64,000 bases of DNA from Halobacteriovoraceae bacterium (GCA_963719505.1 CAVRCF010000001.1:928001-992000); one strand, 5' to 3'; positions 30,706 through 39,835 are shown, numbered from the stretch's first letter. The notes: generated from the letters alone by a model not told the origin. Numbers and translations are program-made.

Positions 30706-30724
30706 GGACCGCGACTAGCGGTCC
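30706..30724 (+). promoter_or_regulatory. Stem-loop downstream of VR (DGR target-recognition hairpin candidate)
   Basis: GGACCGC-GACTA-GCGGTCC perfect 7-bp GC stem, 35 nt after the target stop codon. Confidence 0.7.
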
Positions 30725-30755
30725 TTTAACTTTTTATGAACATGGAATTATTTGA

Positions 30756-31139
30756 GTGGCAAGATTTCAACATTTACCATTGTATAAAGCAACTTATAGT
30801 CTGTGCTTGAATGCCCATAGACTCAAATTAAAAATGCCAAAACGTCTAAAGCATGATGCTGGGGAAGCATTTGTAAGCAATTGCTTGAAATGTGTGAAAA
30901 TAATAATTATTGCAAATCAAATACAAGAAAAATATAACGAGACGACTTTTTCCCAACTTTTCAGGACCGGGCGACGAGCTGGTCCAAATTCTAATATCAT
31001 AGCCTGGAAGCATTCGGGCTTTTGTATCCAAACTTTGAATAGAGTTTATATTCTCGTTAATAACCTTCATAGATCCATTTTAAGCAACACAAAAAATGGA
31101 TTTTATCGTTTTGTATACGTGCTCGTATTTATCATTTAG
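30756..31139 (+). pseudogene. avd: Truncated Avd-like (DGR accessory variability determinant, four-helix bundle) protein
   Basis: First ~60 aa (MARFQHLPLYKATYSL...MPKRLKHDAGE...IIIANQIQEK) follow the Avd/four-helix-bundle pattern; the remainder looks unrelated. Confidence 0.65.
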
Positions 31140-31220
31140 AAAATGGAATATTTTGCAAAATGGGGAGGGGGGACTATAAGTAAATATTCAATGTGTCGAT
31201 AAAGCATTAAGGGAGATTTT

Positions 31221-31868
31221 ATGAAATTTATTTTTTTATTTTTGTCGATTACTTTTACTTTTTCATCGTTTGCACAATTAAATGAGAAACATATAAGACC
31301 TTACAGTGACTTTCCCGAAGAAGGTTATCCAGAATTTGAAAAAATTGGAATTCCAATAGGAACAACTTTTAATTTTCAAAAGCCAAAAAAATCCGAACTT
31401 GACTGTGAGCCTGGTATTGCAAAGGGGGGGAGCGAAAGGTTAAATGAACAGGATGCAGCGGTGTAAAAGTTCTATACTTCTTCTGGTGAGCAGGTCTGTA
31501 ATAAAACATGGGAATTTTTAAAGCTACTTGCTTTAGGGGGTGATGCTTGTTCACTTTTTTACTTTAAAAATTCACCTTCTAATATGAGCTGCACTTTAAG
31601 AACTATTTTACCTGATTGGGATACTTTAACTTATATCTTTCAAGAGAAAAACTGCCCTATACTTTCGTGTAGAGCAGCTCTTGCCCCTAGGTACAGAAAC
31701 TTCACCAGGGAAATAAATGATAGTTTAGGGAAATATGTCTCATTTGAAGTTAACAGAGCTTCTACTGACGAGGCACAATTGGTCAATTCTAATAGAGAAA
31801 ATGGCAAAAACTTTGAAACTGAGTCTAAGCCCAATAAAGTTAGACATCACAATGCAACTGAACAGTAG
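31221..31868 (+). pseudogene. Secreted Cys-containing protein with a single in-frame TAA (31464-31466)
   Basis: ORFs 31221-31466 and 31584-31868 share a frame with no other stop between them; signal peptide MKFIFLFLSITFTFSSFA. Confidence 0.65.
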
Positions 31869-32309
31869 ATACACCATTTCAAATATGATGTTTACGGTAG
31901 GTTGTAGCCCAATTATCAAATATACACTTTCTCCATCTTCAAAGAAGTCAGAAATGACAAGGGGTAAAGGCGAGATACACAACAAATAGAACCTAGAGGA
32001 TTTTTGAGTTGCTAAATCGATAAAGGGTATGCCAGCAAAAGCTGTGTTGACGAAAAGAGAGTTTGAGATATGAAAGGTAAATATCCTAGGACTCATTGGT
32101 TATCAAAAAGAGGAAAAATTTATCGATCAATAGCTTAGACTAGGGCCCTCCCACAAGATAAATAGTAGGTTCATAGCTATTTATTCTTTTCGCTTCGTTC
32201 TCCCGAGAAGGTGTTGTAAATACTCAGTTTTAAGCCGGATTAACAAGAATACCAAACCATGTTATCATGTAGAATTGATAGTCATCAAAATGAAAATATT
32301 ATTTTGGAC

Positions 32310-33308
32310 TCATATCATTGTATGCTGCTGAAGTGGAGATTTAATATTTCTCACTTGATCTTTTTTTAGCTTTGGTGGTGTTGTTAGTCTACTCATAAAG
32401 GTAAGATAAATTTTTTCAGGTAAATTAAATTTCACCCATGAAAAAACGTTTGCATCGTATGTACCTTTAATTCTTAGAGGTAAAGTAGGTCGGTCAATTA
32501 AATTAACAATCTTATCTGCAATAATATCTGGAGTGAATTTAGTTAGCCTTAAGTGGAGGCGAATAAGTTTTTCTAAAAATAGAAAACGTTCATTTTCGAG
32601 AGTATCCATATTGTGAGTCTCATTGGGCAATATCATTTTGTCGTATGCATTTGATGCTACCACTCCAGATTCAAATAGAGAAACCTGTATACCATCTTTT
32701 TTAAGTTCGTAATAAATAGACTCTACCTCACCATCTAGAGCGTGCTTAGAGGCAGCGTATGCGCCTTTAAAGGGGCATGATACGAATGCTATTGCAGATG
32801 AGTGAAAGATTAGCTTTCCTTTCGATTTTTTTAGATGGGGAAGGGCTAGTTTTGTAAGCTCAATTGGCCCAATGTAGTTAACGGCCATTAACAGTTCTCT
32901 TGTTTGTCGTGTTATTGAGTGAAATGGTGATCTCGCTGAAATTCCAGCGTTATGAATCAGAGTGTCTATACGTCCAAAGTGATGTATTGCTTTATTTATG
33001 GCATCTTTTCTCTCTTGTTCATTAGAAATATCAAGAGGGAGAATCAATACACTTCCTTCTTTGCTCTTAATGCCTGCTTTTAGAAGAGAGCTTAATGAAC
33101 CTTTTCGCCCTGTTAACACAATCTTATTTCCACTTAAAACTAATTTTTTAGCAATACTTAAGCCTATTCCTGAGGTGGCGCCGGTGAGAAATATAACTTT
33201 TTGGTCATTAAGTCCTTTTTTGACAGTGGCAGATCTATCGCCTGATGTTGTAATTTGAGTCAATAGTGATAAAAGTCTTGATACTTCCGTAAAGTAATTT
33301 CTTTTCAT
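32310..33308 (-). CDS. Short-chain dehydrogenase/reductase (SDR)
   Basis: TGATSGIG, HNAG, YAASK. Confidence 0.92.
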   Translation of the reverse strand: MKRNYFTEVSRLLSLLTQITTSGDRSATVKKGLNDQKVIFLTGATSGIGLSIAKKLVLSGNKIVLTGRKGSLSSLLKAGIKSKEGSVLILPLDISNEQERKDAINKAIHHFGRIDTLIHNAGISARSPFHSITRQTRELLMAVNYIGPIELTKLALPHLKKSKGKLIFHSSAIAFVSCPFKGAYAASKHALDGEVESIYYELKKDGIQVSLFESGVVASNAYDKMILPNETHNMDTLENERFLFLEKLIRLHLRLTKFTPDIIADKIVNLIDRPTLPLRIKGTYDANVFSWVKFNLPEKIYLTFMSRLTTPPKLKKDQVRNIKSPLQQHTMI

Positions 33309-33440
33309 GTGATCCCTCTCTGAGCCTATTTAGATTTCTTAAGCTTTATTTTATGCAAGGTCTTATTAGAAAGTGGAAAAAGATTGTGACTCCTTGAATA
33401 CTGCGTTGTTTTGAATGGTAATTTAAGATAAAATAAAAAA

Positions 33441-33467
33441 TAAAGAAAAAATTTATATTACCGATAG
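33441..33467 (+). promoter_or_regulatory. Probable sigma28-type promoter
   Basis: TAAA-N15-ACCGATAG immediately before ATG 33474. Confidence 0.55.
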
Positions 33468-33473
33468 GAAATT

Positions 33474-33929
33474 ATGAAAAGCTTCAAGAGGGTTGTTTTA
33501 TTTACTTTTTTCATTAGTTTCAATACTCTTTCTCAGACTCACACTACTGGTGGGACGGGACCTGATCCTACTGTGACTAATGCTGAGACAGATCGTATTT
33601 GTTTCTTATTTGATCAAAAAGTAGACAAGATTGAAGATAAGCTCTTGGGAAAAACCTTGGTTTGGAGCGAGAGAAAAGTCGCTATTGTTAGATACATTGA
33701 CGAAGCTGTAGTTAGGGCTCGGGTTAACAGAACCCAAGGCTCTCTTAAGGTTGATGGGGATTTTTCTAGTCCTTGTCAGTGTGATAATGTAGCGGACTTA
33801 CACTCTCAGCTATTAGGCCTTTATACCCAGTTGAAAGACTGTCCAGCTCAAAAAAATCGATATCAATTCATTCAAAAGAACAATTTGATCAAGAAGTTAT
33901 TTGAAATAACAAGGGAATTGAGTTTGTGA
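33474..33929 (+). CDS. Secreted hypothetical protein
   Basis: Signal peptide, GGTGP motif, 4 Cys. Confidence 0.7.
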   Translation: MKSFKRVVLFTFFISFNTLSQTHTTGGTGPDPTVTNAETDRICFLFDQKVDKIEDKLLGKTLVWSERKVAIVRYIDEAVVRARVNRTQGSLKVDGDFSSPCQCDNVADLHSQLLGLYTQLKDCPAQKNRYQFIQKNNLIKKLFEITRELSL

Positions 33930-35104
33930 AGGAAAGTCGTGAAACGAGATTTTTATCTGTTTTTAACTTAGCAAGATCAAACTATGCACAGTTCAAGACG
34001 AGAATCACTAAAAAGGATCTCTCTCAAGTAGAAAAAAAACTTCTAACGGCTTATCTACTCTATACAAAAAAAAATAAAACAGAATGCCTAGATCTTCTTA
34101 AGTCTACCTCCACTGACTCTAATTATTTCTTTGAAGGTGTTCGCCTTTATTTTATAGGGTTAGCCTTGAATCATTTTGGTACCTATCGTTTTGCGATGGA
34201 GCATCTCTTGCAGTCTGTTTCGACTTTAGAACAAGTGGGTAATAGGGACTTTATTATTAACCCTCTAGCCCTAATTATTGTTACTTTGGCAAATCAAAAA
34301 AAGAGGAAAGAGCTTTTGATTTATAACGCCATTTTAGAAAATCAACAACCTTATGATGATTACACCACTATCATGAAATACCATGCTCAGTCTGTTGCCT
34401 ATTTAGAACTAGGGGAATTACAAAGAGCGGAGCAGCTAGCTCTAAGTGGCTTAGAAGGGAAGAAAAAGGCATCAAAGTATTTTGGGTCAGGTTTTTTATT
34501 AGTTCTTTTCTCTATCTATATAAAGCAAAAGAAGTTTTCAAAATGTTGGCTAATCTTAGACCAGTATAAAGCCTCAAGAGGTTTTATGGTAAAAGAGAAC
34601 TACAAGTATATGAAGATCCTTTTGGGATTTATCAGTAAAAGTGCTCCTCTGTATGTTTATGCAAATGACTTTAAAGAGATTCCAGAGCTTTTAGATCAAC
34701 TTGAGGTTATTAAGTTTCTCTCTGTTGGAAATATTAAGGGTGCTGAAGATTCTTGGAAAAGGCTCTCGATGAATAATAAAAGCCTTTATAAAAAGAATTT
34801 TACCTACAATGGAGAAGTAAGTCTGTTTTCTCTGTCACTCGATAAATTAATGAACGATAAAAAGTTAAGTTTTGAATTATCAGATGTCGAAACTGATGGT
34901 AAAAAGCCAATTGAGATTATCCATGAAGTTATTGTCATTCATAATGTTACGATCTCTAAGAATGATCTAGTCTCTCTCATTTGGGGAGAAGATCCCGATG
35001 AAAAAAATCTAGCTCGCCTTAGAAAAATAATTTCCCGTTATAATAGTAAGAGAGGAGAAAGAGAGATCATATCTTTTCAAGATACCTACAAGAAAGCGAG
35101 CTAA
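33926..35104 (+). CDS. TPR-like helical protein with C-terminal winged-helix DNA-binding domain
   Basis: C-terminal ISKNDLVSLIWGE...RLRKIISR resembles OmpR-type wHTH; GTGA overlap with the upstream gene. Confidence 0.65.
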   Translation: MKESRETRFLSVFNLARSNYAQFKTRITKKDLSQVEKKLLTAYLLYTKKNKTECLDLLKSTSTDSNYFFEGVRLYFIGLALNHFGTYRFAMEHLLQSVSTLEQVGNRDFIINPLALIIVTLANQKKRKELLIYNAILENQQPYDDYTTIMKYHAQSVAYLELGELQRAEQLALSGLEGKKKASKYFGSGFLLVLFSIYIKQKKFSKCWLILDQYKASRGFMVKENYKYMKILLGFISKSAPLYVYANDFKEIPELLDQLEVIKFLSVGNIKGAEDSWKRLSMNNKSLYKKNFTYNGEVSLFSLSLDKLMNDKKLSFELSDVETDGKKPIEIIHEVIVIHNVTISKNDLVSLIWGEDPDEKNLARLRKIISRYNSKRGEREIISFQDTYKKAS

Positions 35105-35274
35105 GCTTTTCTTTAGCAGCATCGAGCAAAGTTAAAGGTAATGACTGCCTCTTTAGTAGGTAGAGTCGGTTCCCAGATAGGCAAGAAACTCCACAAATTC
35201 TTTAGAAAACTTTATATTTTTAGAACTCGAGTCTTTTTGTCGATAGAGAGGAGTAGTAAAGAATAGGGATTTTT

Positions 35275-36261
35275 ATGTTTAAAATTGTGATATTCATTCT
35301 TTCATTATCAGCTTTAAGCCAAAGTTTGCCTAAACCTCAATGTGTTCCCTTTAAAAAAGAGAAAATTAATGATCTTTTTGGAAGGGATAAAGTTTCATTT
35401 CTAGAGTTTATGAAAGTTATGAGCTCAAGAAAAATGAAATTGAAAGCCGGCAGAAGCTTGGACTCAATTATTCAACAAGATCAATACTCCTATGGAAGCC
35501 AAAAACAAGCCTTAAAACTGTATAAGATGGCCAACGGCTTAAGAAAAAATAAATATAAAAATGAACAGACAATTGTTCTTCCTTTTTGTTTTGATGAAAC
35601 TTTTAGAGAGTTAGCATCTGTTGGAAATATTGAAACCAGTATAAAAGAGGAAACTAGACGAAAAATAGAAAAGTTTTCGTTAAACGTTTCAGCTCAATAC
35701 GGTAATCTAGATGTTGAGAGCAATGATGGTGACATCTCCATGCAATTTTTGAAAGCCTCTTTAGGAGCTAACTATAATATCAATAGCGACTATTTTCTAA
35801 CTTCAATTGTCTCAGCCGTTCAGTTCCGAAATATCGAACACACTGAAACAGATAGAACTGTAGAGGCTTCAGACCTTTTTCCTGAGGTTGGTATTAGTGG
35901 CTTTAGAAGACTCGATAGATTTAATGTTGGTGTTGGATATGATTTTCTCCAATACTTTGTAAGAGATACAAGTATTTCTGGAGTAAGCCTGAGTCCATCT
36001 TCAACTCATAGGGTGTCTGGAAAACTCTCATACTCTTTTAGCTCAAGCCTATTGGCTTTCGCAAACTTAGGATATTTAAAAAGTTTTGAAGAGAATAATA
36101 TTTCGGGAATTGATTCATCTTTGGGTGTTAACTATTCATTTGGAAATAATAAAAAGTATTCAATCGCGCCAATTTACTATAGAGGATCAGTGGAAAGAGA
36201 TTCAAGTTCTGATGCTGACTCTTCTAGCGTTCTCGCAGTGAAGCTTGGATATCGGTTCTAG
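35275..36261 (+). CDS. Outer-membrane beta-barrel protein with possible N-terminal LysM-like domain
   Basis: Signal peptide; SLDSII...ANGL...IVLP LysM-like segment; amphipathic strands; C-terminal LGYRF. Confidence 0.65.
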   Translation: MFKIVIFILSLSALSQSLPKPQCVPFKKEKINDLFGRDKVSFLEFMKVMSSRKMKLKAGRSLDSIIQQDQYSYGSQKQALKLYKMANGLRKNKYKNEQTIVLPFCFDETFRELASVGNIETSIKEETRRKIEKFSLNVSAQYGNLDVESNDGDISMQFLKASLGANYNINSDYFLTSIVSAVQFRNIEHTETDRTVEASDLFPEVGISGFRRLDRFNVGVGYDFLQYFVRDTSISGVSLSPSSTHRVSGKLSYSFSSSLLAFANLGYLKSFEENNISGIDSSLGVNYSFGNNKKYSIAPIYYRGSVERDSSSDADSSSVLAVKLGYRF

Positions 36262-36863
36262 TTAACCTGATGTGTTCTTGTTTCCATAACTTTATCATTC
36301 ATGACTTTTAAAATGCGTAAGAGTTCCTCTCCTGAACTTTTTTCATTGAGCCCAATTAGAGCATAAGCTATTGCCTCTATAGTACAGACTCCCTCGTCAA
36401 ATTTCTGCTTTCTAAGCTCGTAGATGCTTTTGAACTTACCGCTCAGTTTTAAGTGAGGAATACCTTTCAGGGCCTGTTCTCTTTTATGAAACTTTTTTGT
36501 TTGTCGCCAAGTAGCATCTGGAACGATGAGGTTAAGGGGCTTCGTTTGTTTCGATAAAAAATCATCGTCTAGAACTTGGGCATCAGCAGATGGATAAAGA
36601 TAGTAAGGAGAATACTTTCCATCTAGGCTGTAGTCTTCAGTTATTGGTTCGTCTTTTAGTCCGCGGATAGTATAAGATGAATTCGAAAGGGCTAGGTTGG
36701 CAATCTTTCCCGTGTTTGATGTTAAAAAGTACTCTTTGATATGAAAAATAAGAGAGACGCGATTAAGCGTCTCTATTTTTGTAAGTGAATCGCAAAAGCA
36801 CATGGCCATATTAATTGAGCACCTTGGGCATCGGCGCTCAATTGTCTCTCTTCTTTTACTCAT
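36258..36863 (-). CDS. DTW-domain tRNA-uridine aminocarboxypropyltransferase (TapT-like)
   Basis: RCPRC...CFC, SNTG, DATW and CTIEA motifs. Confidence 0.88.
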   Translation of the reverse strand: MSKRRETIERRCPRCSINMAMCFCDSLTKIETLNRVSLIFHIKEYFLTSNTGKIANLALSNSSYTIRGLKDEPITEDYSLDGKYSPYYLYPSADAQVLDDDFLSKQTKPLNLIVPDATWRQTKKFHKREQALKGIPHLKLSGKFKSIYELRKQKFDEGVCTIEAIAYALIGLNEKSSGEELLRILKVMNDKVMETRTHQVN

Positions 36864-36865
36864 TT

Positions 36866-37837
36866 CTATTTAAAGAATTTTAAAAATTCACTATCAATCG
36901 AAAGAATCATTTTGGAGTCTGGCTTGATCGCTTTCTTGTACGCTTCCATTGATTGGATGAAGTCGTAGAACTGAGGATCTTGCTTTAAAGACTGGGCGTA
37001 TATAGCAGCGGACTTAGCTTCTGCCTGTCCTTTGATTGTCTGTGCTTTTCTATAGGCTTCTGACTCAATTCTTTGAAGGTCTTTTGTGAGCCTTCCTTCT
37101 ATAACTGCTTTTTCACCTTTACCAATTGATCTAATCTTTTGGGCAATTCTCTCTCTCTCCGAAATCATTCTTTCGTAAACTTTCTTCTCTACACTTTTTT
37201 CGTAAGAAATTCTTCTAAGTTGAACGTCGATAAGATTAATCCCGAGAGCGTTACATTCATCTTGAGCTTTTTCAACAATAAGTTGAGAGAGTTTTTCTCT
37301 TCCCACTTGAATTTCGTCAATTTCACCAGCAATTTCTTCTTCTAAAATAGCTTCGCCTTTATCTTTACGGCTTTTGATTGAGTCCTTTCTGTCTTGAAGA
37401 TTTTTAACAATATCGTTGGAGTTTCTTACGGCTTCAACGAGATTGTGGTTGGAGATAATGTCACGGGTATGGCCGTCGAGAATAGTATCCAGTCTCGCTT
37501 TTGCACCTTGTTCATTTTGCACCGTTTGAATAAATTTTAGAGCATCAACAATCCTCCATCTAGCGGTTGTATCTACTTTTATATACTTTTTATCTTTTGT
37601 TGGAATCTGATTCGGTTCCCCGTCCCAAGAAAGAATTCTTTTGTCTACATATCGAACATCTTGTGTGATCGGATTTTTAAAAAACATTCCAGCCTCAGTC
37701 TTTGGATCACCAACGGGCTTTCCAAATTGGGTGACTATAGCTTGCTGTCCCTCTGTCAGAATGAAAAAAGATCGAGAGAAGCCGATAACGGCAATAAAGA
37801 GAACGATTATTAGGACTGTTTGTTTCGCTTGGCTCAT
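36866..37837 (-). CDS. hflC: FtsH protease modulator HflC
   Basis: SPFH domain, QAIVTQFGKP, RMISERERIA; paired with hflK. Confidence 0.93.
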   Translation of the reverse strand: MSQAKQTVLIIVLFIAVIGFSRSFFILTEGQQAIVTQFGKPVGDPKTEAGMFFKNPITQDVRYVDKRILSWDGEPNQIPTKDKKYIKVDTTARWRIVDALKFIQTVQNEQGAKARLDTILDGHTRDIISNHNLVEAVRNSNDIVKNLQDRKDSIKSRKDKGEAILEEEIAGEIDEIQVGREKLSQLIVEKAQDECNALGINLIDVQLRRISYEKSVEKKVYERMISERERIAQKIRSIGKGEKAVIEGRLTKDLQRIESEAYRKAQTIKGQAEAKSAAIYAQSLKQDPQFYDFIQSMEAYKKAIKPDSKMILSIDSEFLKFFK

Positions 37838-38835
37838 TTCGCTACTCCTTGAGGTGATGAGTAGATTGGTAGGAGACCTTTCACTTTTGGGTCTATAATA
37901 GTTATGTTATCCAGTTTTGAATAAAGCTCTTCCATTGTCTGTAAGAAAATTCGTTTACGAGTGATAGATGGGGCTTTTCTGTATTCTTTGTAAAAAGCTG
38001 TAAATCTTACGGCGTCACCGTAGGCGCGGTTTATTTTTGCTTCAGCAAAACCCTCTGCCTCAGCTATAAGTTTGTCCGCTTTCCCTCTCGCCTCTGGAAT
38101 GATCTTGTTATAAGACTCCTCCGCTTGGTTAACCATTTTTTCTTGATCTTGCTTTGCAGAGTTTACTTCATTAAAAGAATCTTGAACAAGTTTAGGGGGG
38201 TTAACATCTTGAAGCTTTATACTTCTAATATTAACTCCAAGGTCGTACTTATCAAGGACATCTTGCATTAGTACTTTTGCTGTTGAGGCAATCTCTACTC
38301 TTCCAGTCGTAAGAACGTCAGTGACAAGCTTGTCTCCAACGACACGCCTAATGATAGACTCTGAAACATCACGAATATTTCTTATCGGCTCGCTTGTTTG
38401 GAATAAATATTTAAAGGGATCTGATATCTGATACTGAACAACCCATTGCACTTCTGCAACATTTAGGTCACCTGTGAGCATAAGAGATTCATTTTCAAAG
38501 TTTCCTGAAGAGTATGTGGTTCTTCTCGTGGCGGTGTTTGATGTTCTAAATCCAAACTCTTCTTGATGAACAATCTTAGTTTTTACTTTTATCACTTTCT
38601 CAACTCCAAAAGGGAGCTTGAAGTGAAGACCTGGTTGGGAGGTTTTAATATAGCGCCCAAATCTTATAAGAACAGCTTCTTCGTCAGGCTCAACAGTATA
38701 GTAGGAGGTCCAACCCACAATGATGACCAAAAGAACAAGGAAAAGGCTTGAGAATGTACCTTTAAACTTTTTTAAAGTTGCTTTTAGTTGTTGCAGTTCG
38801 TAATTAATATCAGGCTGTTGCTGATTAAAACTCAT
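37834..38835 (-). CDS. hflK: FtsH protease modulator HflK
   Basis: PGLHFKLPFGVE, MLTGDLN, YNKIIPEARG; start refined to the ATG after SD AGGAG. Confidence 0.93.
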   Translation of the reverse strand: MSFNQQQPDINYELQQLKATLKKFKGTFSSLFLVLLVIIVGWTSYYTVEPDEEAVLIRFGRYIKTSQPGLHFKLPFGVEKVIKVKTKIVHQEEFGFRTSNTATRRTTYSSGNFENESLMLTGDLNVAEVQWVVQYQISDPFKYLFQTSEPIRNIRDVSESIIRRVVGDKLVTDVLTTGRVEIASTAKVLMQDVLDKYDLGVNIRSIKLQDVNPPKLVQDSFNEVNSAKQDQEKMVNQAEESYNKIIPEARGKADKLIAEAEGFAEAKINRAYGDAVRFTAFYKEYRKAPSITRKRIFLQTMEELYSKLDNITIIDPKVKGLLPIYSSPQGVAK

Positions 38836-38978
38836 AAAATCTCCTCGTTTAAGGGTCACTCTATCGAGTATTTCTCGTTATAAAAAGGATAATCAAATAG
38901 TATTCAACATATTATTAACTTTGTGTTAGATATAAAGAAATTTGCATTGCTTTTGTGCATCGCTCGAGGGAAACGTTT

Positions 38979-39440
38979 ATGTTCACAGACCACCTTAAGG
39001 TCGGCAATTTTTATTTAGAGTTTAGAGCAAGTGATAGTGGCTTAAAAAGTGTGAGTCTTAAAGAAGAACTTGAATTAAGAAAACCTAATTCAATTACAGA
39101 TAACTTCAAAATCGAGTTATCAGAATATTTTTCTGGAAGGCAAAAAGAATTTAAGACCCCTGTTGATATTGAAGGAACAACATTCCAAAAACAGGTCTGG
39201 CAAAGTTTAAGAGATATCCCTTATGGTGAAACAAAATCATATAAGGAAATCGCCCTAAGGGTTGGGGGAGAGAACTACGCCAGAGCCGTGGGGATGGCCA
39301 ATAACAAAAACCCTTTGCCGATCATCATTCCCTGTCATCGAGTGGTTGGAAGTAATGGAAGTCTCGTGGGTTATGCCCTAGGGCTCGAATTAAAGCGTAA
39401 GCTTATTGAATTAGAAAGCAGCAAAAGGATCGGCCAGTGA
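38979..39440 (+). CDS. ogt: Methylated-DNA-protein-cysteine methyltransferase
   Basis: GTTFQKQVW, IPYGET, RAVG, PCHRV active site. Confidence 0.93.
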   Translation: MFTDHLKVGNFYLEFRASDSGLKSVSLKEELELRKPNSITDNFKIELSEYFSGRQKEFKTPVDIEGTTFQKQVWQSLRDIPYGETKSYKEIALRVGGENYARAVGMANNKNPLPIIIPCHRVVGSNGSLVGYALGLELKRKLIELESSKRIGQ

Positions 39441-39835
39441 ATTACCGTTTAGATAAATACATAAAATTGAAATTTTTAAAGATTTCTGAAGATCTCGTGA
39501 AAAATCCCGGAGGGCTTAAAGTTCGCTTGAGTAAAGCCAAAGAGAAAATGAACAAAGAAAGTGTGAAGGATGCACTTGGCTCATACGTAGATGATCTAAA
39601 ACTTTTTATGAGAATGATCTCTTGTTGGATAACGAGAAAATATACTAATATTTCTAATGAAGCTCTCGTTTATACAGTGTTGGCCATTATATACTTTGTG
39701 ACGCCAACAGACTTTGTTCCTGATTTTATATTAGGTTTAGGTTTCGTTGACGATATTACAGTGATTGCTTGGGTGATGGAAAAAATAAAAACAGATATAG
39801 AGGAGTTTAAAAAATGGGAATCAGAAGTTCATTAA
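39437..39835 (+). CDS. YkvA/DUF1232 family membrane protein
   Basis: YFVTPTDFVPDFILGLGFVDD motif. Confidence 0.9.
   Translation: MNYRLDKYIKLKFLKISEDLVKNPGGLKVRLSKAKEKMNKESVKDALGSYVDDLKLFMRMISCWITRKYTNISNEALVYTVLAIIYFVTPTDFVPDFILGLGFVDDITVIAWVMEKIKTDIEEFKKWESEVH

Larger units (their letters stand above)
23740..33400. other. tRNA-adjacent accessory/variable region (boundaries approximate)
   Basis: Low coding density, visibly AT-rich intergenic tracts, IS element, pseudogenes, orphan secreted proteins and DGR cassette. No integrase or att repeat seen. Confidence 0.65.

Noticed and set aside
29711-31466. TAA read-through or alternative genetic code suggested by two in-frame TAA stops
   Set aside because: TAA is the normal terminator of most genes in the window; nonsense mutation or sequence error is simpler.
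31735-32096. ORFs 31735-31989 (+) and 31740-32096 (-)
   Set aside because: They overlap the better-supported 31221-31868 gene and show no motifs; likely shadow ORFs or degraded remnants.
23670-36260. Integrative element or prophage at tRNA-Leu
   Set aside because: No integrase, phage genes or duplicated tRNA 3' end (att) were found.
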